Of a stretch of 64,000 bases of DNA, positions 10,425 to 20,736 are shown in pieces. Below the pieces are notes generated by a model, which did no database searches, was not told where the DNA came from, and saw nothing but the letters and a program-made list of their open reading frames with translations. Every line of letters begins with the position of its first letter. Positions within the stretch are counted from its first letter, which is position 1. Where the stretch lies: contig CAVTNG010000007.1 of NCBI GenBank assembly GCA_963736015.1, forward strand, positions 171,803 to 235,802, given 5' to 3'. The DNA is from an uncultured Chloroflexia bacterium (GTDB lineage: Bacteria; Chloroflexota; Dehalococcoidia; DSTF01; JACRBR01). The position numbers and the translations under genes are program-made.

Positions 10425-12200
10425 TCAGGAGTTCTTCACGTACCAGCACTCGGGGCAGTAGTTGCCCGGCTGGCCCGCGTCGATCGTCCCGTTGGCCACG
10501 ACGCCGCCGAGCTTCTCGCTCACCAGGTACGGCTTCGCATCCTGGAACATGGGGATGATCCCACAGAGGTTCTTGACGATGAGGTCCTCGACCTTCTGGT
10601 AGGCGGCGATGCGCGCGTCGTCGCTCGTCGCGTTCGCTGCCTCCTGGAACGCCGCGTCGACATCCGGTCGCGAGCAGTTGTAGTGGTTCTGGCCGCCGCC
10701 GGTGTTGAACAGGCCGACCAGCGGGTTCTCGATGTCCGGGTAGTCGAGTTGCCAGCCGCCGTTGAACAGCTGGAAGGTCTCGGCATTGAACGTCGCCGAG
10801 CGCGTCTTGCTGTCGACGAACTCGGCCGTCGTGTTGATGCCGAGCGTGTCCTTCCACGTCTTCGACAGGTAGTCGAACTCGTTGCGGCGCTGCTGGGTGT
10901 CGCGGTAGGTCATCTTGAAGGCCGGCAGGCCGGCGCCGTTCTCGTAGCCGGCGTCCTTCATAGCCTGCTTCGCCGCGTCGGGGTCGTAGCCGATCGTGCT
11001 CTCGAACGGCTCGTTGCCCTGGAAGCCCTTCAGGCCCTTCACGACCCAGTAGTTCGCGGGTGTGTGCACGTCGTCGTAGACGACCTTCACCAGCTCCTCG
11101 CGGTTAATCGCACGCGACATTGCCAGCCGCAGCTTGAACGCCTTCTCCTTGGCCGCGTCGTCGAGGCCGTTGGCGCCCAGGATCGGGTCGTCCATCTGCA
11201 CTTCAATCGTCGTGATGCGCGCCGACGGCACAATCAGGACGTTCTTCTCGAGTGACGAGTCGTTCTTCGCGACGGTGGTGTCCGTCGCCTGGATCTCTGT
11301 CTCGTCGAGCTCGCCGGTCTGGAACTGCTTGAACGCCGCGGGCAGGTCATCGATGAACTTGATGGTGATCTGCTGGAGCGCCGGCGTCTGGCCGTACCAG
11401 TTCGGGTTCGGCTTGAGCGTCACGTGGTCTTTCGGCACCAGCTCGGACAGCGTGAACGGGCCGTTCACGACGATGTTCGCCGGGTCTGTCCACTTGTCAC
11501 CGAACTGCGTGATGACGTCCTTGCGCGACGGGAAGGTCGCCCAGAGCGACCAGATCGTCTTGAACGTCGCGACCGGCTTGTTGAGCGTGACGACGAGCGT
11601 CGTGTCATCGGGCGCGGCGACACCGACGGCGGCGGTCAGCGCTTCCTCCTGAGCCGCGTCCTTGTTGTTGAACAGCTCGTCGCAGCCCTTCACCTCGCCG
11701 GCACCCGCGCCCAGGAGGTACTGGTACGGGCTCGCGACGGCGGCGGTGCACTCACGCTGGACGCCGTATACGAAGTCGGCCGCCGTGATCGGCTTACCGT
11801 CCGACCACTTGAGCCCGCTCTTGAGCTTGATGGTGTAGACGTTGCCCGAGATCTGGGGATCCCCGTCGGCGATGGAGTCGACGATCTTGACGCCGCCGTT
11901 GCCGTCATCGGTCTGCAGCCAGAGTCCACGGAAGAGCATGCGCTCAACGCCGATGTCCTGCTCGAAATTCGAGCGGTGCGGGTCGTAGAACTCCGGCTCC
12001 GCGAGCTGCATCGTAACGTTCTGCTGGTCGGCCGGCGCCTTGTCGGCCGCGCCGGAGGTCGTGGTCTTTGCGCCGCCGCCTGCCCCGGCAGTGGCCGTCT
12101 TGTCTGAGTCGCTCGTGCCGCCGCCGCATGCCGCCGCCGCGACCAGCGCCGCCGTAATCGTCCCTGCCAGGAGCAGGAACCAGCGGTTCCGTTTCGTCAT
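10425..12200 (-). CDS. oppA: ABC transporter substrate-binding lipoprotein, family 5 (OppA/DppA)
   Basis: MTKRNRWFLLLAGTITAALVAAAACGG lipobox, Gly/Thr-rich linker, SBP_bac_5 body; GGAGG RBS; the 750-aa ORF upstream extension is read-through. Confidence 0.75.
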   Translation of the reverse strand: MTKRNRWFLLLAGTITAALVAAAACGGGTSDSDKTATAGAGGGAKTTTSGAADKAPADQQNVTMQLAEPEFYDPHRSNFEQDIGVERMLFRGLWLQTDDGNGGVKIVDSIADGDPQISGNVYTIKLKSGLKWSDGKPITAADFVYGVQRECTAAVASPYQYLLGAGAGEVKGCDELFNNKDAAQEEALTAAVGVAAPDDTTLVVTLNKPVATFKTIWSLWATFPSRKDVITQFGDKWTDPANIVVNGPFTLSELVPKDHVTLKPNPNWYGQTPALQQITIKFIDDLPAAFKQFQTGELDETEIQATDTTVAKNDSSLEKNVLIVPSARITTIEVQMDDPILGANGLDDAAKEKAFKLRLAMSRAINREELVKVVYDDVHTPANYWVVKGLKGFQGNEPFESTIGYDPDAAKQAMKDAGYENGAGLPAFKMTYRDTQQRRNEFDYLSKTWKDTLGINTTAEFVDSKTRSATFNAETFQLFNGGWQLDYPDIENPLVGLFNTGGGQNHYNCSRPDVDAAFQEAANATSDDARIAAYQKVEDLIVKNLCGIIPMFQDAKPYLVSEKLGGVVANGTIDAGQPGNYCPECWYVKNS

Positions 12201-12660
12201 CGTCCCTCCTCGGCGAAGGTTCTCCTTCGCCTCCTCCACTTTTCGTCCGAGATTGGTCCATTGGACCAGACGGGGTTTCCTCGGCCACACCTCCCTTACT
12301 GATGGCCGTCTCAGATTCGGCAAACTCACAGCGATGGTATCAGCGCTGTCAATATCCTTCAATTCTGAGAGACGGCTGTTCCGGCCCGCCTGAACCTGAT
12401 TGTGAGGCCGCCGGGACTCACGTCGCCGCGTATTTTCCGAAGTGCGGCATCGCGATTTCATCGCACCGCACGCGCATCTATACGGGATCGATGCCCGGGC
12501 GGACTTCCGCCTCCCACCCCAAGAGCCTCGGCCGCGGCACGCATAATCTTGATGACGCCGGGGCCTGCCCGCCCGGATTCGACTGCGGCCCGGCGATGCG
12601 GCATCGAGATTCAGGGGATATCCTTTCGCGTCGCCGCCCACTGCCTCGAGGAGCCATGCC

Positions 12661-13970
12661 ATGAGCACCGTCACCAAGGACCTCTACGACGTCGCCGAAG
12701 CGCCGCCCGTCGGCCACGTACCGGCTCGCATGCACGCAATGGCCATCCGGCGCGAGAGCTTCGGCGAGCCCCGCCAGGCCTTCCGCGACGAGGTGGTGGA
12801 TGTGCCCGAGATTGGCCCGCGCGAGGTCCTCGTCTACGTCATGGCGGCGGGCATCAACTACAACAATGTATGGGCGGCGCTCGGCATCCCCGTCGATGTC
12901 ATCAAGGTGCACGAAGCGTCCGGAGACACGACCGGCTTCCACATCGGCGGGAGCGACGCCTCCGGCATCGTCTACGCCGCCGGCGACGAGGTCACGAACG
13001 TGAAGGTCGGCGACGAGGTGGTCATCCACTGCGGCTCATGGGACCCCGAAGCCGAAGACATCAAGGCCGCCGACGACCCGATGTTCGCGCCCTCGTTCCA
13101 GATCTGGGGCTACGAGACGAACTGGGGCAGCTTCGCGCAGTTCACGAAGGTCTGGGCCCACCAGTGCATGCCGAAGGCGAAGCACCTGACGTGGGAGGCC
13201 GCGGCCGCCCCGACGCTCGTCGGTGCGACCGCCTACCGCATGCTCACGAACTGGAAGCCGCATAACGTCCGGCCGGGCGACGTCGTGCTGGTCTGGGGCG
13301 GCGCCGGCGGCCTCGGGACGATGGCGATCCAGCTCGTGCGGGCGTTCGGGGGCGTGCCCATCGCCGTCGTGTCCAGCGACGCGAAGGGGGAGTACTGCAA
13401 GAAGCTCGGCGCGCAGGGCTACGTGAACCGCAAGGACTTCAGCCACTGGGGCCGCATGCCCGACTGGGACAACGACGAGCAGTACGGCGAGTGGGCGCGC
13501 GGCGCGAGGGCCTTCGGCAAGGCGGTGTGGGATGCGCTCGGCGAGCGCAAGAACCCGCGCATCATCTTCGAGCATCCGGGACAGGACACGATCCCGACGT
13601 CGATCTTCCTCGTCGATAACGGCGGCATGGTCGGTGATCTGCGCGGGCACGAGTGGCTACAACGCCGACGTCGACCTGCGCTATCTCTGGATGCGACAGA
13701 AGCGCCTGCAGGGCTCGCACTTCGCCAACGACGACCAGGCCTACGCCTTCAACCAGCTCGTGGTGGAGGGCAAGATCGATCCCTGCCTGTCGCGCGTGTT
13801 CCCGTACGACGGCGTCGGCGAATGCCACCAGCTCATGTACGAGGGCAAGAATCCCGGACGGCAACATGGCCATCCTCGTCGGCGCGCCGCGCGAGGGCAT
13901 GACCACAGTCTCTTATGTGCCGGGCCCGGCATCGCACATCGATTCGGATGTACAATCGCGTAGACGATAG
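12661..13970 (+). CDS. ccr: crotonyl-CoA carboxylase/reductase-like enoyl reductase (MDR superfamily), frameshifts about 13640 and 13860
   Basis: [14 protein letters not shown]...[19 protein letters not shown]...[17 protein letters not shown]; continuation [31 protein letters not shown] and [18 protein letters not shown] in other frames. Confidence 0.6.
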
Positions 13971-13993
13971 ACGCGCAACGTTCGAACAGGGGA

Positions 13994-14224
13994 GTGAGGT
14001 TCCGACTGGCACCAGCGCTGCGCAACGTTCGCCAGGAAGCGGCAGTTCGGGCGTTCGTGAAGGCCGGCGGCGTCGAGCGCGCCGGTAAAGGTAGCCACCG
14101 GATCGTTAAGATGCCTAACGGCAAGCTGCTTTCGCTTCCGGCCGGCGCATTGAAGACGGGCCTGCTCCGACACCAGATTAAGCTGGCGGGGCTGACCGAG
14201 GACGAGTTCAGTGAGTTCCTCTGA
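13994..14224 (+). CDS. hicA: HicA-family toxin (mRNA interferase)
   Basis: AAVRAFVKAGGVERAGKGSHRIVKMPNGKLLSLPAG...LLRHQIKLAGL; overlaps downstream hicB. Confidence 0.6.
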   Translation: MRFRLAPALRNVRQEAAVRAFVKAGGVERAGKGSHRIVKMPNGKLLSLPAGALKTGLLRHQIKLAGLTEDEFSEFL

Positions 14225-14486
14225 GTCGCGTGACGTGGGTGCCCGGGATTCCGTGGAGACGGTGTTCACGATCCGTGTGCACGAGGCGGAAGACGGAGAA
14301 ACCGGTTACTGGGGCGAAGTACTCGAACTCGAAGGTTGCGTCTCGCAGGGAGAGACACTCGACGAACTCACCGAGAACTGCAAGGAAGCAATCGTCGCGT
14401 GGGTGAGCGCGCACAACGAAGATGAGGGTTCTCATCCGCCGAAGCCGGCCATCACCATGACCGTTCCGGTCGTCATTCCCGCATAA
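14211..14486 (+). CDS. hicB: HicB-family antitoxin (UPF0150)
   Basis: FTIRVHEAEDGETGYWGEVLELEGCVSQGETLDELTENCKEAI. Confidence 0.6.
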   Translation: MSSSESRDVGARDSVETVFTIRVHEAEDGETGYWGEVLELEGCVSQGETLDELTENCKEAIVAWVSAHNEDEGSHPPKPAITMTVPVVIPA

Positions 14487-14537
14487 GTCGGCTCCTCTCC
14501 GCTTGCCGCGCGTGCTCGCGCCTGCGATGGTGCGCCC

Positions 14538-15461
14538 GTGACGCGCGCCATCGTCATCTCGAACCCCGCTGCCCGCAACCACACCGATGCGGCGTCGCTC
14601 GATGATGCGCTGTCCGTCGCCCGCGCCGCCGGCTGGGACGTGACGCTGGCGCCGACGACGCATGCCGGCCACGCCATGGAGCTGGCCCGCGCGGCCGCCG
14701 CCCAGGGCGTCGATGCGGTCATCGCGCACGGCGGCGACGGCACTGTGAACGAGGTAGCCAACGGCCTCGCCGGCACGCGGACGGCGCTGGCCGTGCTGCC
14801 CGCCGGTACCGCGAACATCTGGGCGAAGGAGACGGCGATGGAACGCCAGCCGCGCGCGGCTATGCGCCAGATCGTCGGCGGCGCGCGGCGGCGCATCGAC
14901 CTCGGCCGCGCAGGTGAGCGCTACTTCCTGCTCATGGCAGGCATCGGCCTCGATGCCGTCGTCATCCCCCGCGTTGGCCGTGACATGAAGCGGCGCCTGG
15001 GCGCGGCCTCGTTCCCGCTCATGGGCGCGCGCACCGCGCTCGGCACCAAGCCGTGGTCCGTCGACATGCGCATCGATGGCGACGCAGCCAATCCGTCGCT
15101 GTACTGGATGGTCATCGGCAACACGCGCTCATACGGCGGCCTCACGAAGATCGCCCGCCGCGCGATCGCCGATGATGGCGCGCTCGATGCCGTCGTCATG
15201 CGCCGCGGGGGGGCGCACCGCCTCGTCCGCGACGGCGTCATGCTGCTGCTCGGCCGTCACGAGCGCTCGCCGAACATCGGCTACACGCGGGCTCGCACCA
15301 TCGAGATCGCGACGCCGGGTGTGCCGGTGCAGGTCGACGGTGAGCTCTGCGGAGAGACGCCCATGCGCTTCGAGGTCGCCCCGGACGTGCTGGACGTGAT
15401 CGTCCCTGCGGACCTGCACACTCCGCTGTTCATCCGGGCGCCGGAGTCAGCGCGCGACTGA
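14538..15461 (+). CDS. diacylglycerol/lipid kinase catalytic-domain protein (YegS/BmrU-like)
   Basis: 307 aa; AIVISNPAAR...VDAVIAHGGDGTVNEVANGL...LAVLPAGTANIWAKE; GTG start. Confidence 0.7.
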   Translation: MTRAIVISNPAARNHTDAASLDDALSVARAAGWDVTLAPTTHAGHAMELARAAAAQGVDAVIAHGGDGTVNEVANGLAGTRTALAVLPAGTANIWAKETAMERQPRAAMRQIVGGARRRIDLGRAGERYFLLMAGIGLDAVVIPRVGRDMKRRLGAASFPLMGARTALGTKPWSVDMRIDGDAANPSLYWMVIGNTRSYGGLTKIARRAIADDGALDAVVMRRGGAHRLVRDGVMLLLGRHERSPNIGYTRARTIEIATPGVPVQVDGELCGETPMRFEVAPDVLDVIVPADLHTPLFIRAPESARD

Positions 15462-15588
15462 GCGGCGCTTCGGCGCGCTCAACGGCAGATCCTCTCACCC
15501 CGAAGTGCGGCCATCTGCGGTGAAAGCAAGACACGCAAACAGCCTCGCGTCCCTGCGAGGCCATTCGCGTGCTGCGGGGCAATGTTGG

Positions 15589-15723
15589 TCAGGCGGCGAG
15601 GCGCTCGTCCTCGGCCGGAGGGAAGTACTCGATCGGCTCGTCGTTCCCGGCATCGAAGAAGAACTTCTTCGCGCCGAACGCCGCGACGGCGACTACGCCC
15701 GCAATGACGACGAACTTCAGCAT
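15589..15723 (-). CDS. possible small membrane protein (44 aa: one TM helix plus acidic tail), not in ORF track
   Basis: MLKFVVIAGVVAVAAFGAKKFFFDAGNDEPIEYFPPAEDERLAA with GGAGGA RBS 5 nt upstream. Confidence 0.3.
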   Translation of the reverse strand: MLKFVVIAGVVAVAAFGAKKFFFDAGNDEPIEYFPPAEDERLAA

Positions 15724-15837
15724 GGGAATCCTCCGGGGCTGGCTGCTTCCTCAGGACACGATCGTAGAACGCGAGCTGGAGCCCGACCACCGGCGGTTCA
15801 CCGCATTTCGGGGACTGATTCCCCTATACGAACGGGC

Positions 15838-15935
15838 GGGAAGCGAGAGGCGAGAAGCGAGAAACGGGATCAGTCGCGCGCGCCATCCCGCCTCCACTTC
15901 CCGCTTCTCGCCTCGAACAGCGCTTCTCACTTCCC
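15838..15935. repeat. imperfect palindromic purine-rich intergenic repeat (GGGAAGCGAGAGGCGAGAAGCG ... CGCTTCTCGCCTC...CACTTCCC)
   Basis: read directly from the sequence; related copies at 19060-19094 and 31712-31750. Confidence 0.45.
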
Positions 15936-15953
15936 ATCCCGTAGGATCGAGCC

Positions 15954-17276
15954 ATGCCCGACTACGTCACGATGCCCGAGCAGCGCGTGCCCGTGATCGC
16001 CGAGTGCGATGTGCTCGTCGTGGGCGGCGGCGCGGCGGGGATGTCCGCGGCGATCGCGGCGGCGCGGCAGGGCGCCGATACGGTGCTCGTCGAGCGCTAC
16101 GGCTATCTCGGCGGGCTCGCGTCGGGCGGGCTCATCGTGCTGCTGCTCACGCTCGACGACGGCGACGGCCACCAGGTCGTCGCGGGCCAGTGCCAGGAGC
16201 TGGTGGAGCGCCTCGAGGCGCGCGGCGCCTGCTTCTATCCCTCGAAGGACGAGTGGGGCCAGCTACGACGAGCAGCTCGTCGAGAAGTACCGCCGCTGGG
16301 GCCTCGTCTGGGGCTCCGGGCCGCACCGCGTGCGCTACTCCGTCGCGTACGACCCGGAGGAGTACAAGTACGTCGCCAACACGTGGGTCGCGCGAGGCGG
16401 GGGTGCGGCTGATGTACCACCGCTGGGCCACGGACGTGATCCGTGAAGGCGACGGGATCACGCACGTCGTCTTCACGTCGAAGGCCGGACGGCAGGCGAT
16501 CCGCGCGTCGCAGGTGATCGACGCCACCGGCGACGGCGACGTCTTCACGATGGCGGGCGAGCCCTCCGAGAAGGAGCAGATCCACCCGTGGCTCTGGTTC
16601 CGCATGTCGGGCGTGCGCGACGTCGATGCGGCGCAGTCGGCGCGCGCCGGCTTCTTCTTCCGCACGGTGCAGCCGGGACAGGTGCTGATGCCGTGGGGCG
16701 CGGCCGAGCGCATCGCGCGCCGCATCGACGCGACGGACCCGGACGACCTGACGTTCGCGGAGGTCGAGTGCCGGCGCATGGTGATGGACGAAGTCGCCCG
16801 GCTGCGCGCGCAGGTGCCCGGCTTCGAGGACGCCTACCTGACCGACGTCGCGCTGACGCTCGGCGTCACGGAGTCACGCCGCCTCACCGGCGCCTACACG
16901 CTCGCGCGCGACGACGCCGGCCGCGTGTTCGATGACACGATCGCGACGACGGGCCACTGGACCAAGTACGGCGCCGTCTACCACATCCCCTATCGCAGCC
17001 TGCTGCCGCAGCGCGACGCCGAACCTGCTCGTCGCGGGCCGCTGCATCAGCGTCGACCATCGCGTGCACCACGCGACGAAGGAGATCCCGCCCGCGTTCG
17101 CGACGGGCGAGGCCGCCGGCATCGCCGCCACGCATGCGCTCCGCGCGTCGTCGCCCGTGCAGTCGCTCGATGTGGCGTCGCTGCAGTCGGCGCTGCGGAA
17201 GGCGGGGGCGTGGTTGCCCGAATGTATGCGGCCAACTCGTTCTCCGTCCGCTGCAGTACCCAATGCGCCGCTCTAG
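15954..17276 (+). CDS. FAD-dependent oxidoreductase (pfam12831-like), in at least 4 frame segments
   Basis: MPDYVTMPEQRVPVIAECDVLVVGGGAAGMSAAIAAARQGADTVLVERYGYLGG; later segments ...IDATGDGDV..., ...LLVAGRCISVDHRVHHATKEIPPAFATGEAAGIAA. Confidence 0.55.
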
Positions 17277-17599
17277 CCGACGGCCATCAATCCTGTTCGA
17301 GCGCGAGCGAAGACATCGCAGACCGATACATCGTGCGACCGTCCAGATGGACGTGCGTCCGAAGTGCGTCGCGAGCCTCGCGAAGTCCGCGGCGTTCATG
17401 CGACTGCCGCGAGCGCGGAGCGCGTCTCGTCGACGCTGACGGAGGCTCTCGACGTTTGCTACCTCGTCGGTCCCGAGCTGATTCGAGCTGTGGGCAGATG
17501 CGGACGGCCGCACCGTGACTTGGATGCGCTGACTAGCGCGCTCGAGGCAATGGTGGTCGCGAGCTCGTATCGCGGAACGCGCGCGATGGCCGCCTCTAC

Positions 17600-18181
17600 G
17601 ACACCATGTTCGTCGCCGAGCCCGGCGGCGGACTGCACCGGCACGCGAAGCGCACGCCGATCTGTCACGGAGCGGGCCGACCATCGACGCAGCTGCGACG
17701 ATCCAGTCGCGGTCACATCGCTCGGGCGCATGGGCAAATTGATCTGCGCCGGGGATCGAGCGTGCACGCGATGTTGCCGTCCGTATGACGGGAGTGTCGA
17801 CGGTACGGTTCTTCTCGCGGTCGTGGCGCTCGACGCGTTCGACGCGGCGGTCCTGCTGGCATGGCAGGCGCGCTGCACGGCAGGACCTCGTCCGCCGTGG
17901 GTGCTCGACGGCGCCGATATCGACTCGACGTCGCAGCATCGTGCGGCGTGTGCGTAGACGAAGGTGAGATCCGTTCACGTCCTGCACGCGCCGTTCTTCC
18001 CGGACGCTCAGGCGCCTTCTCGACCGGGTGAACGGCCTCGGGCATCGCCGCCGAACACGCGCGCCCGCAATCGACGGCGGTGATGTCGAACACGGCGTAC
18101 GACGTCGCCGGCGCCCAGCGCGCGCGCGACGCGTGCGGCTTTCCGACGGCGGGAGGGCCGTAGATGACCACGAGCTTCATG
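17600..18181 (-). CDS. P-loop NTPase/kinase-like protein, degraded (frame lost right after the Walker A motif); extent uncertain
   Basis: MKLVVIYGPPAVGK at 18181 with ATGA start/stop overlap to the upstream gene. Confidence 0.25.
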
Positions 18182-19025
18182 CAATCACCGACACCATCTC
18201 CAGCACGCGCGACGCGAGCGCATCGTCGCCCTCGAGCTGCGCAAGCGGCCGCGCACCGCGCCGGCGTGATCGCCTTCGTGAAGAGGCGCCACGCCGTGTC
18301 CTGGTCGAGCGTCGTGACGGCGTCCGGCGCGGTCTCGATGCCCTCGTACAGCGTCCACACGTCGCGTCGCAGCAGGGACCACGTGCCGCCGGCGTCGCCG
18401 GTGATGCGCAGCATGACGTGTGTGCCTTCCGGCGCATCGATGCCCTCGAACGTGAGCGGCAGCGCCCGCGCGTAGGCATCGAGCACGGGGTGCATCATGC
18501 GGCGGTCCTTCAGGCCCGAGGCGGAGGCGTCGCCGCGCGCGGCATCGATGGCGTCGCGGATCTGCTGCTGGTGCGCCCACCGCTCGGTGTACTCGCGCGC
18601 AACGTCGAGCCAGACCGGTGCTGCGTCGGCGCTCACCCAGTCGACAGGATGGCCCATCGCATCGAGGTCCAGCGACCGGAACTGCGAGATGGCGCGCTCG
18701 CTGGAGAACGCCGAGCAGCTCGATGAGCAACTGCGGGCTCAGGCGCCGCATCGCTTCCACCCACGCCTCGTTCTGGGCGTTGATGTATGCGATCAGCTCC
18801 TCCCACGGCCCTTCGAACCACGACGCGGTGTAACCGTCGCGCCCCCGCGACACCCCGCCGAGATCGTCGGCGAGGATGTGCGCCGCGAGGTCCTTCACCG
18901 ACCAGCCGCGCGCACACCGTCGGCGCGCGCCACTCCGCATCGGACAGCGAGCGCAGCAGGTCGAGCAGCGCCGCGCGCTCCGGCGCGAAGAGATCGATGG
19001 TATCGATGCGGCCGGCGGGCTTCAT
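18177..19025 (-). CDS. TIGR03083/DinB_2-type (mycothiol maleylpyruvate isomerase N-terminal-domain) family protein, in 3 frame segments
   Basis: MKPAGRIDTIDLFAPERAALLDLLRSLSDAEWRAPTVCA; WSVKDLAAHILADDLGG...; ...WLDVAREYTERWAHQQQIRDAIDA...; C-term LEGDDALASRVLEMVSVIA*. Confidence 0.5.
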
Positions 19026-19059
19026 GCGCGGGATTGCACCGCAGGGTCGGGCGGGCAAG

Positions 19060-19094
19060 GGGAAGTGGGAGGTGAGACGTCCGTCCCACTTCCC
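19060..19094 (-). terminator. perfect 11-bp-stem hairpin (GGGAAGTGGGA / TCCCACTTCCC) just downstream of gltA; also a member of the purine-rich repeat family
   Basis: inverted repeat read from the sequence; lies between the gltA stop (19119) and the next minus-strand gene start (19025); no U-tract. Confidence 0.35.
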
Positions 19095-19118
19095 ACTTCT
19101 AGTCTTCGCACTTCCTAC

Positions 19119-20250
19119 CTAGGCACGCTCCGCGGTCGGGCGGTAGCGCAGGTGGCGCGGGCCCGTGTACTCGAGCAGCGGGCGGATGTCAGCACGTTGT
19201 CCTCGTACTGCTCCAGGACGTGCGCGACCCAGCCGGGCATGCGGCCGACGGCGAACATCGGGATGAACTGCTCGTCGGGGATGCCGAGCAGCGAGTAGAC
19301 GGCGCCGGCGTAGAAGTCGACGTTCGGGTAGATGCCCTTCGCGCGGTAGGGCTCCATCGCGCGCTCGATCTCCTGCAGGATCTGGAACCAGGTGTCGTTG
19401 CCGATCTCGTGGCCGAGCTCGCGTGCGACGCCTCGCAGCTCCTGCCCGCGCGGGTCATCGGTCTTGTAGACGCGGTGGCCGAAGCCCATGACCTTCTCGC
19501 CGGCCTTGATGCTGCTCCTCGATGTAGTCGATGGCGCGCTGCGGGTCGCCGATCTCCTCGACCGTCTTCTGCACCGCCTCGGCCGCGCCGCCGTGCAGCG
19601 GGCCCTTCAGCGTCGCGATCGCGGCCACGATGCACGAGCCGATGTCCGCCGCCGTGCCCGCCGCGACGCGCGCGGCGAACGTCGATGCGTTGGAGCTGTG
19701 CTCGGCGTGCAGCACGAGGTCGAGGTCGATGATCTTCGCGTCCTCGGGCTTCGGCTCCTGCCCGAACATCATGTAGAGGAAGTTCGCGGCGTGCGAGAGG
19801 TCGTCGCGGGGCGAACCGGATCGAGGCCGTTGCGGATGCGGTGCATCGCCGCGACGATCGTCGCCACCTGCGAGATCAGCCGCACGCCGACGGGCTGCGC
19901 CACCTCGACCTTCGCCTCGTGGCTGTTCTCGTCGAGCGCAACGATTGCCGAGACGGCGGTGCGCAGGATGTCCATCGGATGCGCGGCCTTGACCCGCTCG
20001 ATGACGTCCAGAACCGGCTGCGGAATCGCGCGCCCGGCCTTCAATTCACGGTCGAAGCGCGCCAGCTCGTCGCGCGTCGGCAGGGCGCCGTACAGGAGCA
20101 GGTAAGAGACCTCCTCGAAGTCGTGGCGTGCTGCGCCAGGTCGTGGATGTTGTAGCCGCGGTACACGAGCTTGCCGGCATCGCCATCGATGAGGCTGATG
20201 CGCGTCTCGTCGAGTACGACGCCCTTGAGTCCGGTACCGAGGCTGCTCAT
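19119..20250 (-). CDS. gltA: citrate synthase (small, type-I-like), in 5 frame segments
   Basis: MSSLGTGLKGVVLDETRISLIDGDAGKLVYRGYNIHDLA; ...HAEHSSNASTFAARV...LKGPLHGGAAE; GFGHRVYKTDDPRG...YPNVDFYAG...; C-term DIRPLLEYTGPRHLRYRPTAERA*. Confidence 0.75.
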
Positions 20251-20736
20251 GCGGGTGTGCTCCTTCAGGCTGGCGGTGCAAGAAGACGGTTTTGGGCCAG
20301 TAAACGTCCGATTGGAATATTCAGACCGTGAATCGATGCGATAGAGCGTCTTTATGATAACACCGCCGCTTCAGCGGGCTCCCGCCGGCATGTGAACATC
20401 GCGTTAACGACCGATCGCGCGCACATGGTCAGATTCAAATCCTGGGGGCCTGTCGTGGCTCCCGAACGCATTGCGAAGGCGCGCGCGCGGCTGTTACCAT
20501 TCCGTTCGCGTGTCCAGGGGACCGCGATCAATAAGAGACTGGCTACAGCGCTCTACAGGAGAGACGACCCGGGGCCTGGCTGGCAGCATCCGCGAACGGG
20601 AGCGGGACTGCCGGGGGCCTTTTGCGTTGTCACAGGAGATTCGGATGGACGGCGGTAAACCGACCGGCTTCACGTAGCGTTCCGGGTTTCGCCCGGGCAT
20701 TCACCCTCGCTTGCAACGAGGGGAAAGGACACGAGA

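Noticed and set aside
12330-12375. TTGACA hexamer about 150 nt upstream of oppA (minus strand), as a possible sigma-70 promoter
   Set aside because: No acceptable -10 hexamer at 16-18 bp spacing (only GTGAGT). Promoter consensus for this lineage is unknown.
15569-17518. 649-aa ORF in the track spanning the FAD-oxidoreductase locus
   Set aside because: Only its middle third matches a protein family; the flanks are Arg/Ala-rich read-through typical of 70% GC DNA. The real gene is reconstructed from four frames starting at 15954.
20420-20470. tRNA-like T-loop resemblance (GGTCAGATTCAAATCCTGGGGGCC) in the speH leader
   Set aside because: The flanking arms do not pair into a T-stem and no acceptor or anticodon arms could be built, so this is not a tRNA.
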